From: Octopus sinensis
Lineage: Eukaryota
NCBI RefSeq assembly: GCF_006345805.1
Contig: NC_042998.1
Coordinates: 103,230,001-103,294,000 of the forward strand
DNA length: 64,000 bases
Direction of reading: 5' to 3'
The notes below the pieces were generated by a model that saw only the letters and a list, made by a program, of their open reading frames with translations, searched no databases and had not been told where the DNA came from. Position 1 is the stretch's first letter. Each line of letters starts with the position of its first letter. The translations under genes were made by a program, and so were the position numbers. Positions 40,410-51,327 of this stretch are shown in pieces.

Positions 40410-40612
40410 AGGAGCAAGCTGACAGAATTATTAGTACGCGGACAAAATGCTCAGCGGCATTTCGTTCTAAGTTTAAATTCGACCAAAGTCGACCTAGCCT
40501 TTCAGTCTTATCGAGTCGATAAACTCTCTGTTAGTGAAATACTGGGGTAATGCAATCGACTTGCCTCCAGCTACAAAATTTCAGACCGCGTGCCTATAGT
40601 AAACAGGATTAT
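40410..40612 (+). mobile_element. SINE family A, degenerate
   Basis: aaggagcaagctgacagaattattag...gtcgacctagccttt...aaatttcagaccgcgtgcctatagtaaacaggatt. Confidence 0.7.
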
Positions 40613-40942
40613 TAATTCATTCTTATTACACAGAAATACTTAATATTCTTGAGAATTTACATTTCTAACCGTATTTTATTCGTGACCTAATGAACTTCAT
40701 TTCTGACATAATGTATTCAGTATTAGTTTATTCTGAATAGTTATCCATGTTTTAGATAACCAGCTACTACTTGAGGAAGATTAATTGCAATCTATTCATA
40801 ATAACTAGACTTAGGTATACAGATAAATGTCCCACTGGAGCCTACCAGCGAGTATTTAAAGGGAAATTTGGCAGGATGGTCAGTCACCCGCTGACACTCG
40901 TTGAGGACAGGGAACAGAAGACAAAAGGAGAAATGCATTCAA

Positions 40943-41034
40943 CACCAGAGCTGAAGACACCTCCGAAAGTGGGGGCGCCACGTCGAATACAGTAGAGGAG
41001 TAGGGTCCGAAACCGGACGTGGTTTCTCCTGGTG
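40943..41034 (+). ncRNA. Hammerhead-like motif
   Basis: CACCAGAG-CTGAAGA-[51-nt stem II region]-GAAAC-CG-gacg-TGG-TTT-CTCCTGGTG. Stem I has 8 bp with one bulge; stem III register is off by 1 nt. Confidence 0.5.
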
Positions 41035-41431
41035 ATGTCTTTAGCCACTGGATCCTATAAAGGAGCTGTTCGGGTGCAAACCACGAAACGTGGTAGGTAT
41101 TCCTTCCTATTTTACCGTCTTGCAAAAATGATGGAAAGATTCGGTAATATGTTCTGTGTACCTAATGTGTTTTGGGACCATATCCTACCAGTGGTCAATA
41201 TAAAGTAAAAACCTAAGGCAACAGGCTGGTGTTTATTCCCTTTCCTTGCTTTCAAGTTCCACCGTCACTCTGGATGCCTTTGGCAGAGTCTAATCTGACG
41301 GCCCAGGTTTTCGGTTTCAAGATATCTTTCCTCTCCTTCCCATCAGTCTTGCAGACCGTGTAAAGAGTCGTGGTATCTGATATCGCTTCTGATTTAAAAT
41401 AAAATATCAAATTCTAGTATTAACAGTTATT

Positions 41432-43572
41432 AGTACCAGGAGCCATCAATGAGAAGCCTATGACTTTTGGCAAAGTCCGGGAACATCACGCCACTTTCGT
41501 TCCGGGCACCAGAACGAAAAGAGCTGAAAACGCTCTCGTATCGTCTTTCGTGAACTCCAGTTAATACACTGAAATCGCCCGTGACCAAGGACGTGTCCCT
41601 GTTGAGATTACTCTCCACGACGCAGCACAGTTGAGTGTAGAATGTCTCACTCACCGACCTGTTATTCTTGACAGAGCATACACCGCAACAACGAGAATGA
41701 AACCCAGAGAATGTCGAGTTCTCACCCTCATAATTCGCTCATATAATTCTTACGTCTACCCAGTTGACCACTGCAACTGCTACCCTATCAGCATACCAGC
41801 CATTAGTATCGGATGTAACTACTGGGGTTGAAATGTTGCTCCTCCCCAGCCGACACATCTCCAGACACATCAGAGCAAATCATCCCTCAGAAAGAGAACA
41901 TTTCAGGTACCCACTTCAATATGACTCCTCAGGTTGAACTGAAATTTCCTATTCCTGGTGGATGACAACTTTGCACCACTCAGGCCATAATTCTCCCACC
42001 CGTTCTATTCTCCAGGATTTGTTACCGTTCGGCTGTGTGGGTCCTAACGGTTTTGCACAGTTGTTTCATATATTTCCTGAGGGTCAGGTGAAGTATATTC
42101 CCAGAGGAGAGAATTTTTTGCATTTGTATAAGAGGTTGTTACTGGTGGGGGATTTACGAGGTTAAAATACAGATCCTACCTCAACCAGTTTTGGTCCCCT
42201 TTGACGACACTCAGAGAATATGTTGAGTCTGTTTTGTGGCATACGAATCCCCACACAACGCGTGTTACCAACTTCCTAAGATGCATCGTTGAACTTGGTA
42301 TTCTAATACTTGCCGTGTAACAAAGGAGATCGACCACGTACTTGTAAATGACAGAACTATAGGTTTTCCGGAATGCTAGTTTCTTGAGCACCGATCACAG
42401 ATTTGTTGTTACTGAGTCGAGAATGCGACTGCCTAAAAGGCTGGAAGTCGCCAGTCCAGGCTAGATCTTGGCAGACTCAAAAACAATAGTGTAAGCAAAG
42501 CTTATTTGCAACAGCTTGGATCTGTCCTGCACGGAGTTTATTCCTGGTCTGATTCTGTGGAACTGTGGGAAACTTACAGGGACACACTGCTGTCGGCTGC
42601 TAGGGAGTGTATTGGTTTCCAATATTGGATCAGGAAACATTTCCTTTCCAAGGAGACCCCACGCATTGGTGGAGCGCCCAATACTTGCTGCATGGATTGT
42701 ATACTAGGTGAATTGATGGGAACGTGGTGCACTCATTGGTGAAACTAGGATTGCAGACCTTGATTTTGACGATGATGAATTATTCTTGCTGAGTTTCTGG
42801 ATGTCATAACAAGCGCTTTCCTTTCGCGAGTAATGAAGTGGAAACACTTAGTCTTAGAGTCTCTTGGGTCAAGACAGAGATCCAGTCTTTCGTTGGCTTC
42901 TTGGAAGACTCCACTTCGTCTGTCTCTGTTGCGGGTGAAAATGTCGTCGTTGTTGATTACAATCATCTCAGCAATGAGTTTCATAGCGGCATTAGTTACG
43001 AGTCTGAAGTCCTAAAAAGACTTGGACAAACTGGAGCAGTTGTGAACGCATTGGACAAGGGTGTTTGGCAATGCTGATAATTGAGCAGGAGGACAAGGTT
43101 CGGGTCTTTAAGTCTCTGGTCCTCCTTGTCCTGCTCTATAGTCATGAGACATGGAGACTGCGCGGATCCCTTTGGAGCTGTTTGATCTCCTTTGTTACCA
43201 GGACGTCTCCCAAGATTAAGAGTCACAAATGGTCGGATTTCGGATCCAACCAATGACTCTACTGAACATTTGCGATGCGTCCTATTATTTGTATGATTCG
43301 GGATCGTGAAAGTCTGTTTGGCAGAGATGCTAAATTTTCCGAGTTAGATCCTGCTTACCGTGTTCCCTTCACTGACTATCAGGTTGGGTTGACGGTTCGT
43401 GTTAGTCGATGACATGCCACATGATCACGCAGACAGATGAGGTGGTATCACGCAGAGATGTGACAAACTTGGACACTACACGACGAGTCATCGGGGAGGA
43501 CCTGGAATATACCAACAGACAGTGACTGCAGCCAATGTGCTGCAATGATGCAGGCCACTACAACTGACCTGA
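41432..43572. mobile_element. RTE-clade LINE with inverted 5' segment (41432-~42265 minus, ~42266-43572 plus)
   Basis: Minus strand APE (...GDFSVLTG...RNESG...LLIDGSWY); plus strand resumes YQLPKMHR*TWYSNT...EIDHVLV...STDHRFVV, then RT remnants (LLYSHETW). TSD taacagttatt 41421-41431 / taacaggtatt 43573-43583. Confidence 0.85.
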
Positions 43573-43965
43573 TAACAGGTATTGTAACTCCGGTAATTAT
43601 AAAAGCAATCTATACGTTTTTGTCAGCTAAAACAATAATGCATAATCGTCTTTCTGACTTAAAATCGCAATGATCTGAGAAATCTCAAATCTGTAAATGT
43701 TTCAAATAATTTACATTAGAATTTTGGCATTGTTAAAATGTTTCAGCTTTCCTAAACTAGGCATTTTACACAGTTCTTAATGTATAACATTATATAAATT
43801 CAAATTACGATGGACGTCAACAAACAAACGAAGTTTGCTTTAGAAGCGTTGAGATGTCTTAGAAAGTTGAAGAAGTGATTTTAAATTCTCAAACGCAGGA
43901 TAATGCTAATAATGTAGCTTGAACAAGATGAGCTACCCCTATTTTGTAGAAAAAAAAGTGTTGGC

Positions 43966-44041
43966 GGCCGGCTATGAGACGCGAACTCACACCTCCCTGA
44001 TTACGCATCGCGGTGCTCTGAACCAGTTAAGCTAAACCGCC
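43966..44041 (-). pseudogene. tRNA-Thr(CGT)-like pseudogene
   Basis: GGCGGTT-TA-GCTT-AACTGGTTCA-GAGC-A-ccgcga-TGCGTAA-tcagg-gaggt-GTGAG-TTCGCGT-CTCAT-AGCCGGC, then a T8 run; anticodon stem defective. Confidence 0.6.
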
Positions 44042-44236
44042 CACACCACAAAGGCTTCCGCAAATTTAAGATAGATAGAAATCTCGCTTTGTGAGACGCT
44101 ATCATACGTTAAACTCAAATTACGATGAATGTAAACAAACAAAAGTCTGCTTTAGAAGCGTAGAGATGTCTTAGAAGGTTAAAGAAGTCACTTGCACTGT
44201 GAAGATTTTAGGTAAAAGCCCAAAAGATTCCATATC

Positions 44237-44277
<41 letters not shown>

Positions 44278-44506
44278 ACACACACACACACACACACACT
44301 TCAAATAATTGTACAGCATTTGACGTTAGCTGCATCGCATATATTTCGATTTCAAGGTCACTTCTTTAACCTTCTAAGACATCTCAACACTTCTAAAGCT
44401 GACTTTTGTTTGTTTACGTTCATCGTAATTTGAATTTAACGTTGGATAGCGTCTCATAAAGCGAGATTTCTATCTATCTTAAATTTGCAGTAGAATTTGT
44501 TATGCG

Positions 44507-44581
44507 TGTGGTTTAGCTTAATTGGTTCAGAGCACGCGCCGCGTAATCATTGAAGTGTGAGTTCGAGTCTCATAGCCGGCC
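44507..44581 (+). pseudogene. tRNA-Thr(CGT)-like pseudogene (second copy)
   Basis: A-box tagcttaattgg, intact B-box GTTCGAGTC, T-stem GTGAG:CTCAT, loop CGCGTAA, T run at ~44590. Confidence 0.6.
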
Positions 44582-46089
44582 GCCAACACTTTTTTTTCTG
44601 CAAAATAGGGGTAGCTCATCCAGTTCAAGCAATATATTATTAGCATTATCCTGCGTTTGAGAATTTAAAATCACTTCTTTAACTTTCGATAAAATTATAT
44701 ATATTATATATATATATATATACACACATTCTTTTACTTGCCTTTGTCTAACACTGATCGAGAAAACCTTTGACAATAGGTGTTCAAGATATTTTACTTA
44801 TTTATTAAAGTTTCTTACTATATTTAGTAGAGCTGGCTAAGCTACGTTTGAAATGTAAACATATGATTAAATTTTCAAGAATAGATCGAAATGTTAAAGG
44901 GAATGTAGTGTAATAATAAATGCATCAACACTTCAATGAATAAGTGTTGTTAGAGCCTCACTGGAATCTCATATTTCTAATGCTATTTTCTTTTAAAAGT
45001 CTTAAATAATACACTTCGACACATTTAAAATGCGTTTTATGATATAAATCATCATTCAATATCCTTTAAAAATTCATAAAAGAGCTTTCAAACATTAATA
45101 AAAGTAAATAGAAAGAATATGTCACAATAATGTGGTTTCTTTCTCAGATAAAATTCTGAAAATATATTATTACTTGCAGGTTGAAATAAATTACGTAATT
45201 TTAATTCAATAGTAACGTTGTCATTTTTATTGATTTGTCAGAAGAAAGGGGCTGTGACCATGACTTTTGTAAGTCATTCTAGGTTGATGACATTCTGACT
45301 GATTTTTAATTTCTTTACTGTCAAGGAAAATGTGAATGGAAAATCAATACTGTAGAAATGGATGTTCTAGTTGGGGAAGGATTTTAATTAGTGCTTAGTA
45401 CGAAGTACGGAAAGGAAACCGAGTAACGGATGCATAAGATAGATGACGTTGTAATTTGATGGAGGGGCTGAGTTGTGCTGGTATGCAACTTGCTAATTCG
45501 GATGAGCAAAGGACGTTCTAGAAAGGATGTAACAAAAAGACAGAAGTATGCTGGTCGTGCCAATCAGAATACTTTCTTGTGAATGGTGTTTGTGATAATT
45601 ACTTGTATAGCAGCAGCAGTATTTCAAATGTGGGAACAGTACTCTATTGTGAGTATAAATTGAACGGCTACTTGTAGTTTCTCCTTCCGATCAAATATTT
45701 TCTGGCTCTGAAGAAAAAGACTAATGCTTGTGATGCCATTTTAGTGTTATTATCTATGCTGGATGGTCAGGAGAAATTATCAGAGATTTTGAGGATGCTC
45801 ATTTGCAGCAACTTCAGTGTCTTAATTACCTGCTACCAGCAACTATGGAGGATGGTGGAAGAACCTATTTCTTTGAGTTTAGTGAAAGATAAATATCCGA
45901 GTGACTTAATCTCAATGACTAACTAGCAAATTAGGAAAATGGTTTTGAATAATGGTCTCAGCATGCTATTTTAATTAAGTTGAGCCATATATTAATTGCT
46001 GCAATTTTTTTTTATTTTATTTTATCTAGTTTCAGCTCACGAGCTGTGGCCATGCCGGGGCACCGCCATTTAAAAAGGAAGCTTTTGCA

Positions 46090-46161
46090 TAGCAGAGCGT
46101 AGTTTCGATCTACGGACCTCTGGGTTATGGGCCCAGCACGCTTCCACTGCGCCACTCTGCT
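46090..46161 (-). tRNA. trnM: Initiator tRNA-Met (CAT)
   Basis: AGCAGAGTGGCGCAGTGGAAGCGTGCTGGGCCCATAACCCAGAGGTCCGTAGATCGAAACTACGCTCTGCTA: 72 nt, A1:U72, three G:C pairs in the anticodon stem, AUCGAAA T-loop; T5 terminator at 46072-46076. Confidence 0.97.
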
Positions 46162-46266
46162 TCTCTGCAATGTAATTATTCTGGAAACGGTTTTCACTTA
46201 AAACTCGAAGTCATTTCCAACTTTCACTGTGAAGATTTTAGATAAAAGCCAAAAAGATTCCATATC

Positions 46267-46267
46267 A

Positions 46268-46319
<52 letters not shown>

Positions 46320-46320
46320 A

Positions 46321-46396
<76 letters not shown>

Positions 46397-46415
46397 GCTC
46401 TCTCTCTCTCTCTCA

Positions 46416-46455
<40 letters not shown>

Positions 46456-46464
46456 CTCTCTCTC

Positions 46465-46513
<49 letters not shown>
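46267..46513. repeat. (CT)n(CA)n microsatellite
   Basis: Seen directly. Confidence 0.97.
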
Positions 46514-46515
<2 letters not shown>

Positions 46516-47269
46516 TGAATAATTGTATGGCATTTGACGTTAGCTGCATCGCATACATTTCGATTTCAAAATTGCGTCATTCAGAACATAAGAAATTGTT
46601 TGCAGTAATGTCAGTAAATATGACAAGAATTAAATAGCGTTCACTCGACGTTAACAGAATGTGATAAAAACAAAAAGAAGAGGTTCATTTGGTGTTATAG
46701 AAGTAAATATCTTCGGAAGCATATGTTTTCTTTTGATCTAAGTACAAGTCAACAAGTACTAATATGTAATTGATTTTAAACAAACATAATCGGTTAAATT
46801 ATAGATTAAACGATGAACCTAAATGCTCGTTAATATTCTCTTTATTATCAGCTTTATGAAATCTATAGTTGTTATATTTATAACAACAAAATAAAGTATT
46901 TGATGAAAATAAATCAGATATGTTGAAAAATTAACGATTTTTTAAATAATAATTAAAAAGAAATAAAGTAGAATCTATATAGTTTTTCTGAATTAATGTT
47001 CATTTATAATTTTCTTTACGGTCATTGATTTATTATATTTGAATTAATCTGTCTGTTCTGATTAGGATCGATGATGAAAATTATTTCTAACATTAACACA
47101 AGGCCACAGATTAGAAGTGGAATTGGCAAAGTTGACTGAATCAATAGCTGTAAACCAATGAATGATACTTATTTCATAAATTATTTTGGAACAAATGCCA
47201 ATATTGACTACTACTACTGCTACTACTACTACTACTACTACTACAGCTTAATCCTACGGGCAAAATGCC

Positions 47270-47732
47270 TGTTACTCTATAAATAATATAATTTAAAATT
47301 TAACTAGTAATAGAATAATAAAATTAAAGCTTGCTTTATTTTGTTGCAAAACTCAACCTCCTGGCTTCAACAGCAAAGTTAGCAGCAAGGAAGCTACAAA
47401 TCTGCCGACCAAAACTTGCCCAGAGAAATCGTGCACAGCTAAGATATTTTGTGGAATGTAAGTCTTCGTCGTCCGACTTCACACCGACTGACCTCCGCTT
47501 ACTGCCTGCCTTCTATATGTGTGTCCTAATCTTCCAAAGGGTCACGTGCCTCTGTGACTATTTTATCAATGTGCATCCGAACTCCCCACTCTCTTCTCTT
47601 GCCGATGGCATGTTAATTAGCATCAATATTATTACGGAGAACTTACTAAATGTTGTTACAATCTGACATAGCTGCGGCTGCTGGTGTCTCTAAACTGAGG
47701 TAATGTTCATTAATTGACTACCTCTCTCAACT
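47270..47732 (-). mobile_element. Possible solo LTR
   Basis: Higher-GC block; minus strand has a TATA-like motif (~47514) upstream of AATAAA (~47335); ends TGTT...AAC(T). No TSD. Confidence 0.3.
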
Positions 47733-47763
<31 letters not shown>

Positions 47764-47819
47764 TTATAAAAACAATACTGGAAATTATAGTTCTTAAATC
47801 CGACGGAAAGAAGCCAGGG

Positions 47820-47889
47820 AATACGTTGGTGTAATGGAAGCACACTTGCCGCGAAAGCATAGGTGTGATTTTTGACTCCTACGCGTACG
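47820..47889 (+). pseudogene. Degenerate tRNA-like sequence
   Basis: tacgt-TG-GTGT-AATGGAA-GCAC-A-CTTGC-CGCGAAA-GCATAG...gact-CCTAC-gcgta: D stem intact, 5 acceptor pairs, B-box mutated, T run at ~47902. Confidence 0.5.
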
Positions 47890-47984
47890 GAAAACCCTAC
47901 GTTTTTTTTTCCCGTCGAGAGCTTATATGCCCCAATATTGAACTATTTTCCTTAGCCAATTAACAGTGATCGCTTATAAGTTTT

Positions 47985-48195
47985 GCGTTTCTGGTCGTCT
48001 CATCCGCCACCATCGCTTGACAACTGATGTCGGTGTGTTTGCGTCTACGTAACTTAGCGGTTCAACAAAAGAGGCTGATAAAATAAGTACTAAGCTAACC
48101 AAGACTAAGTCCTGGGGTCGATTTGTTCGACTAAAACCACTTAAGGCAGTACTCTAGTATAGCCGCAGTCAAATGACTGAAACAAGTAAAAGAAT
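47985..48195 (+). mobile_element. SINE family B 3' half
   Basis: catcgcttgacaactgatgtcggtgtgttt...gccgcagtcaaatgactgaaacaagtaaaag. Confidence 0.85.
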
Positions 48196-48196
48196 A

Positions 48197-48201
48197 TAGA
48201 C

Positions 48202-48293
<92 letters not shown>

Positions 48294-48494
48294 GGATGGA
48301 TGGATGGATGGATGGATGGATGGATGGATGGATGGATGGATAGATAGATAGATAGATAGATGGATGGATGGATGGATGGATGGATGGATGGATGGATGGA
48401 TGGATGGATGGATGGATGGATGGATGGATGGATGGATGGATGGATGGATGGATGGATGGATGGATGGATGGATGGATGGATGGATGGATGGATG

Positions 48495-48570
<76 letters not shown>
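48197..48570. repeat. (GATA)n/(GATG)n compound microsatellite
   Basis: Seen directly. Confidence 0.98.
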
Positions 48571-48571
<1 letters not shown>

Positions 48572-48591
48572 AGATAGTTAAAGAAGGTTCA

Positions 48592-48654
48592 TAGGGTTAC
48601 CCAGGATTTTGCGTCCATAAAGCTCTTGACTTTACCGCGTCTCTTCAGGCCCTA
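48592..48654 (-). ncRNA. Decayed hammerhead-like motif
   Basis: Minus strand TAGGGc-CTGAAGA-gacgcggTAAAG..CTTTAtggacg-CAAAAT-CCTGG-GTA-aCCCTA; CAAAAT is two transitions from CGAAAC. Confidence 0.45.
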
Positions 48655-49164
48655 GTGGCCAGTGTCCTATAATCTCTCTTCAAAATGGAAAGAGAAAAGC
48701 CTTGTGGCTAGTTTTTGAACACACAGACAATGAAGATAATGGTTCCTAAGATCACTATCTGGAATCCAACCTCTCGGCTTGCGGGTCTCAAGATTTCAGT
48801 AGGTATTGCCTGAAGTGTAAACAAGGCCCAATGCGCTATGCACAACTTGCAACGTGTGCTCCCGTTAATCTTTATATAAATACTCTACTACTCTACAGCA
48901 CGGGGTGTGTTTCTCTTTCGGATATATGATTTACTGACGATGTACATACATGTGTGTGTGTGTGTGTGTGTATGTGTCTGTGTGTATGTGTCTCTGTGTG
49001 GGTGTCTGTGAATTGTGCAGCTTACTGTCATAGTATCAAGAACTTTATTCTATCCTTCATAACACTATTATTTGTTCTCGATTACCTCATTACTCCTTTT
49101 TTCATCGTTAACTTAACGTTTTGTTTGCGCTGCAGTTGAATTATCCTGCTATAATTATTGGTAG

Positions 49165-49492
49165 AGGAGGCGCATGGCTCAGTGGTTAGAGCGCCGAGCT
49201 TTCGATCGTGAGGATGTGAGTTCGAATCCCGGATCGGGCTGCGTGTTGTGTTCTTGAGCAAGACACTTTATTTCACGTTGCTCCAGTTCACTCAGCTGTA
49301 GAAAGAGTTCCGACGTCACATGTGCCAAGCTGTATCGGCCCTTTTGCCTTTCCCTTGGATAACACTGGTGGCGTGGAGAGAGGAAGCCGGTATGCATAGG
49401 CGATTGCTGGTCTTCTATAAGCATCATTTCCCGGACTTGTGCCTGGGAGGATAACTTTCTAGGTGCAATCATTAATGACCGAAGGGGGGCTC
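49165..49492 (+). mobile_element. SINE family C (CORE-like), full length
   Basis: A-box TGGCTCAGTGG, B-box GTTCGAATCC, core gtgttcttgagcaagacactttatttcacgttgctccagttcactcagctgt. Confidence 0.92.
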
Positions 49493-50334
49493 AAAATTAT
49501 TAGTAGGATAATGTAAATACCAGCTTATTGGTATTTCTATTATCAAAACATTTTTTTCAAAACCTCTATCTAAAGTTAGAAGTTTTCTGATTGATGTAAT
49601 ATCTGTATTTCTTTTACAGCCGTGTTGGTCGCCAACGTTAAGGGGAATTTGGTAGATAAATACCATACGGAACCCTCTCATATGCGTGTACAGGGGTGAG
49701 TGTGAGTGTGTGATAGAGTGAGAAAGCGAGTGAGTGTGTGCTCGTGAGAGAGAGAGAGGGAGTGTATGCTTATGTGTGTGTGCGCACGCGTATGTGTAAC
49801 TGCGTGCGTGCGTTTGTTAGTGAGTGAGTGTATTTTTATTTTGTGTATGTTTTGACCGATAACTTTAAGGTGAATTTGATCGATGAATACCGTATGGATA
49901 CCTATCAAGTGTGTGTGTACGTGGGTGAGGTTTTGTGTGTACGTGTGTGTGTGCATGTATGTGACCATATCCACCAGTGAGTGAGTGAGTGAGTGAGTAT
50001 GTGTTTCTATGTAAATAACGACATTGATCAACAATACCTCATTGAGTTACGTTATTTTACGTCAAGCCGTGTGCTTAATCTACCGAACGATTGAGATCGA
50101 TAACGAAAGTATCAAACTAAGTGCTGAGATCGATATAATCAGCATGGCGGTAGTCCAAATACAGAAAACTGTAAAGAATAAAATAATAGCAAAATTTACA
50201 ATTTGTAATATTTCACATTATCACTTAACGTCTTCAAGTCTTATATTTTTCTAACCTTAACTCGCGGCTAAATTTGATAAATGAGATATAAGAAAGAAGG
50301 GAATTAATACTTGAGCTGTGCATATATTTGGTGT

Positions 50335-50490
50335 AAATAGGGGCTCAACTGGCACTTATTTTGTTGACCCCGAAAGGATAGAATGCAAAGTCAACCCCAG
50401 TGGTATTTGAACTCAGAACGTGAAGACAGACGAAACGTCTCTAAACATTTTGCTCGGCGTGCTAACGATTCTGCCAGCACGCTGCTATAA
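50335..50490 (-). mobile_element. SINE family A 5' part
   Basis: Family A head and core on the minus strand. Confidence 0.8.
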
Positions 50491-51054
50491 GACTTATATG
50501 TAACTGATATTCATTTTATCAACATCACTCTGTTTAAACACAAAGTTGTCTCCTATGTAATTTGAGGTCAGTAACTAGAAAAGACAAAATAAATAACACC
50601 GTTATTCTACCGTAAAGGCCGATATTCGCATCTTGTATGTAAGAATCTATAAATTATATATTTCTCACGGAGCGTTGATCGTTATCAGAAGAAGGTGCAA
50701 GAAGCATATAAATACGTTGTTACCAGCTAAAGTCGTAGCAGAAAATTTGTGTATTTCGTTCAAATAAAAGTCTGCATCTTAGTTTTATCGCAAATTTACT
50801 CATTTTGTGTTATCCTTTAGGTGATATCACGATCATAATTTTTCTTAAATATTATTCCAGAATGAGACAACTGAGTGCGGCTCATTGGGCGCTGGCGATA
50901 TGGTACGCCTGACTAGACGTTGAATCTATTTTGGCGGTGGCACTTTTACCCATTGCATGTAAACTCGTGCACCCACACATACACACGCAGAAATATACTT
51001 ATACTGAGAGAGAAATGAGAGAGACAAAGAGAAAGAGAGAAAAGAGAGATACAA

Positions 51055-51089
<35 letters not shown>

Positions 51090-51257
51090 CATTACAATTT
51101 ATTAATTGAAACCGGTTAATATAAATACTTTCCCTCTCTCATATATAAGGAAAGTAAGCTCACATAGAGAGAGGGAGAAAGAGACAGCGAAATATATTTG
51201 TAGCAATCGGTGTCATTTGATACTTCATGCCTCTGTCTCACTTTATCTGTTTCTCCA

Positions 51258-51327
<70 letters not shown>

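Larger units (their letters stand above)
43795..44687. repeat. ~315-bp tRNA-like repeat unit in direct and inverted copies
   Basis: 43862-44188 is the reverse complement of 44360-44687; 43795-43877 repeats directly at ~44110-44188. Confidence 0.9.

Noticed and set aside
45242-45268. Possible 27-nt micro-exon (tcag|...|gtaagt)
   Set aside because: Such signals arise by chance in 64 kb, and no partner exons were found.
46012-46197. 61-aa minus-strand ORF
   Set aside because: Overlaps the tRNA-iMet gene and a repeat tail; incidental.
49165-49240. tRNA gene call for SINE heads (also 12712 and 53715)
   Set aside because: No closing acceptor stem, and each is followed by a conserved SINE body.
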